Part shown: positions 63,371 to 64,000 of the stretch, piece after piece
Layout of the letters: every line of letters starts with the position of its first letter
Position numbering within the stretch: the first letter of the stretch is position 1
From: a bacterium
Lineage (GTDB): Bacteria; UBA8248
Assembly (NCBI GenBank): GCA_965200245.1
Contig: CBDATS010000004.1
Location: forward strand, 1,088,001-1,152,000
Direction of reading: 5' to 3'
Length of the DNA stretch: 64,000 nt
Notes under the pieces: model-generated
The model's input: the letters and a program-made list of their open reading frames with translations, nothing else
What the model was told of the DNA's origin: nothing
The model's database searches: none
Position numbers and translations under genes: made by a program

Positions 63371-64000
63371 TCAGCAAGAATCCTCTTCCTGATCCTCCAA
63401 TATCGCGACCGGTCGCACCCATGAGCCGCTCGCGTCCTTCACGTTGATCGGGAAACAGCATATCTTGAAACCGTACGGCCTCGGGATTGCCCCGATGTTG
63501 GCGATCTGCTCGATCTGGAAATATTCGCGCCGTCTGCCAAGGATGTGGTGGCACGGCATGAGCGACTCACGCTTACCCGCCTTGAACTCGGGCACCTGGA
63601 AGCTGAAGGGCCTGTCGAAACCGAATGCGTCGATGCCGATGACGCGCACGCCGCGATCGAGAAGATACTCCGTCGCCGGGATGCTCATTCCCGGGTGGAG
63701 TTCGGGATAATCGGGGCTGTTCCTGTGTTCATCGGTACCCGTCCACAGGAGCACGATGTCGCCTTCCTTGACCTCGTAGCCGATTTTGGCGAGGCAATCC
63801 ATTATATCCCCTTCGGTAATCCAGTCTCCCGTTTTCTTGTATCTCAAATCCAGCACCACGCCGTCGCCGTAGCACCACTCGAGCGGCACCCTGTCGATCT
63901 TGCGCGAGGGCTTGCCCGCCACGGTGGGGCCGTAGTGCCAGGGGGCGTCCATATGGGTGGCCGAGTGGGTGGATACGGTGACGAACTCGGCCGCCCCGCC
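63371..64000 (-). CDS. Cyclase-family (KynB-like) metallohydrolase, 5-prime end outside the window
   Basis: THSATHMDAPWHY (HxxTHxDAPxH), GDIVLLWTG, HPG, IGIDA, QIEQIAN, ASGSWVRPVA. Confidence 0.92.
   Translation of the reverse strand, partial: GGAAEFVTVSTHSATHMDAPWHYGPTVAGKPSRKIDRVPLEWCYGDGVVLDLRYKKTGDWITEGDIMDCLAKIGYEVKEGDIVLLWTGTDEHRNSPDYPELHPGMSIPATEYLLDRGVRVIGIDAFGFDRPFSFQVPEFKAGKRESLMPCHHILGRRREYFQIEQIANIGAIPRPYGFKICCFPINVKDASGSWVRPVAILEDQEEDSC

Overview
Bacterial chromosomal window (mostly GC-rich, heterotroph rich in solute transporters; Lys-rich periplasmic binding proteins and a repeat-rich autotransporter suggest, by inference only, a marine or host-associated lineage). Bases 1-~11,000 are a lower-GC defence island in decay: start of a SIR2-family gene running off the left edge, a type III R-M locus (SNF2 helicase with an internal TAG, DUF4391-mod deletion fusion with a 25-bp duplication frameshift, res reduced to a stub), three toxin-antitoxin pairs whose toxins are all disrupted (hicAB, vapBC/fitAB, higBA), a trypsin-like protease and an Mrr-like fragment. 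The rest is mostly metabolism and transport: HAD hydrolase, citrate synthase, yjbQ, tctABC, a liv-type ABC system, amidase, an IS-bracketed multicopper oxidase, plsY-like, mlaA, arsS-type radical SAM, lhgO, TAXI-TRAP, tRNA-Pro(UGG), CoA-transferase/enoyl-CoA hydratase, aapJQMP, an autotransporter with a 303-bp tandem duplication, and a cyclase-ABC-2xBKACE-ThDP enzyme cluster. The strongest signal hidden from the ORF track is two split ORFs that read through an in-frame UGA at a redox-Cys position, each followed by a SECIS-like hairpin: an AhpD/CMD-family protein (CxxU) and a UGSC-family protein (U-G-S-S). Each sits in an uncharacterised catabolic operon. All family assignments come from motif recognition by eye; no searches were run.
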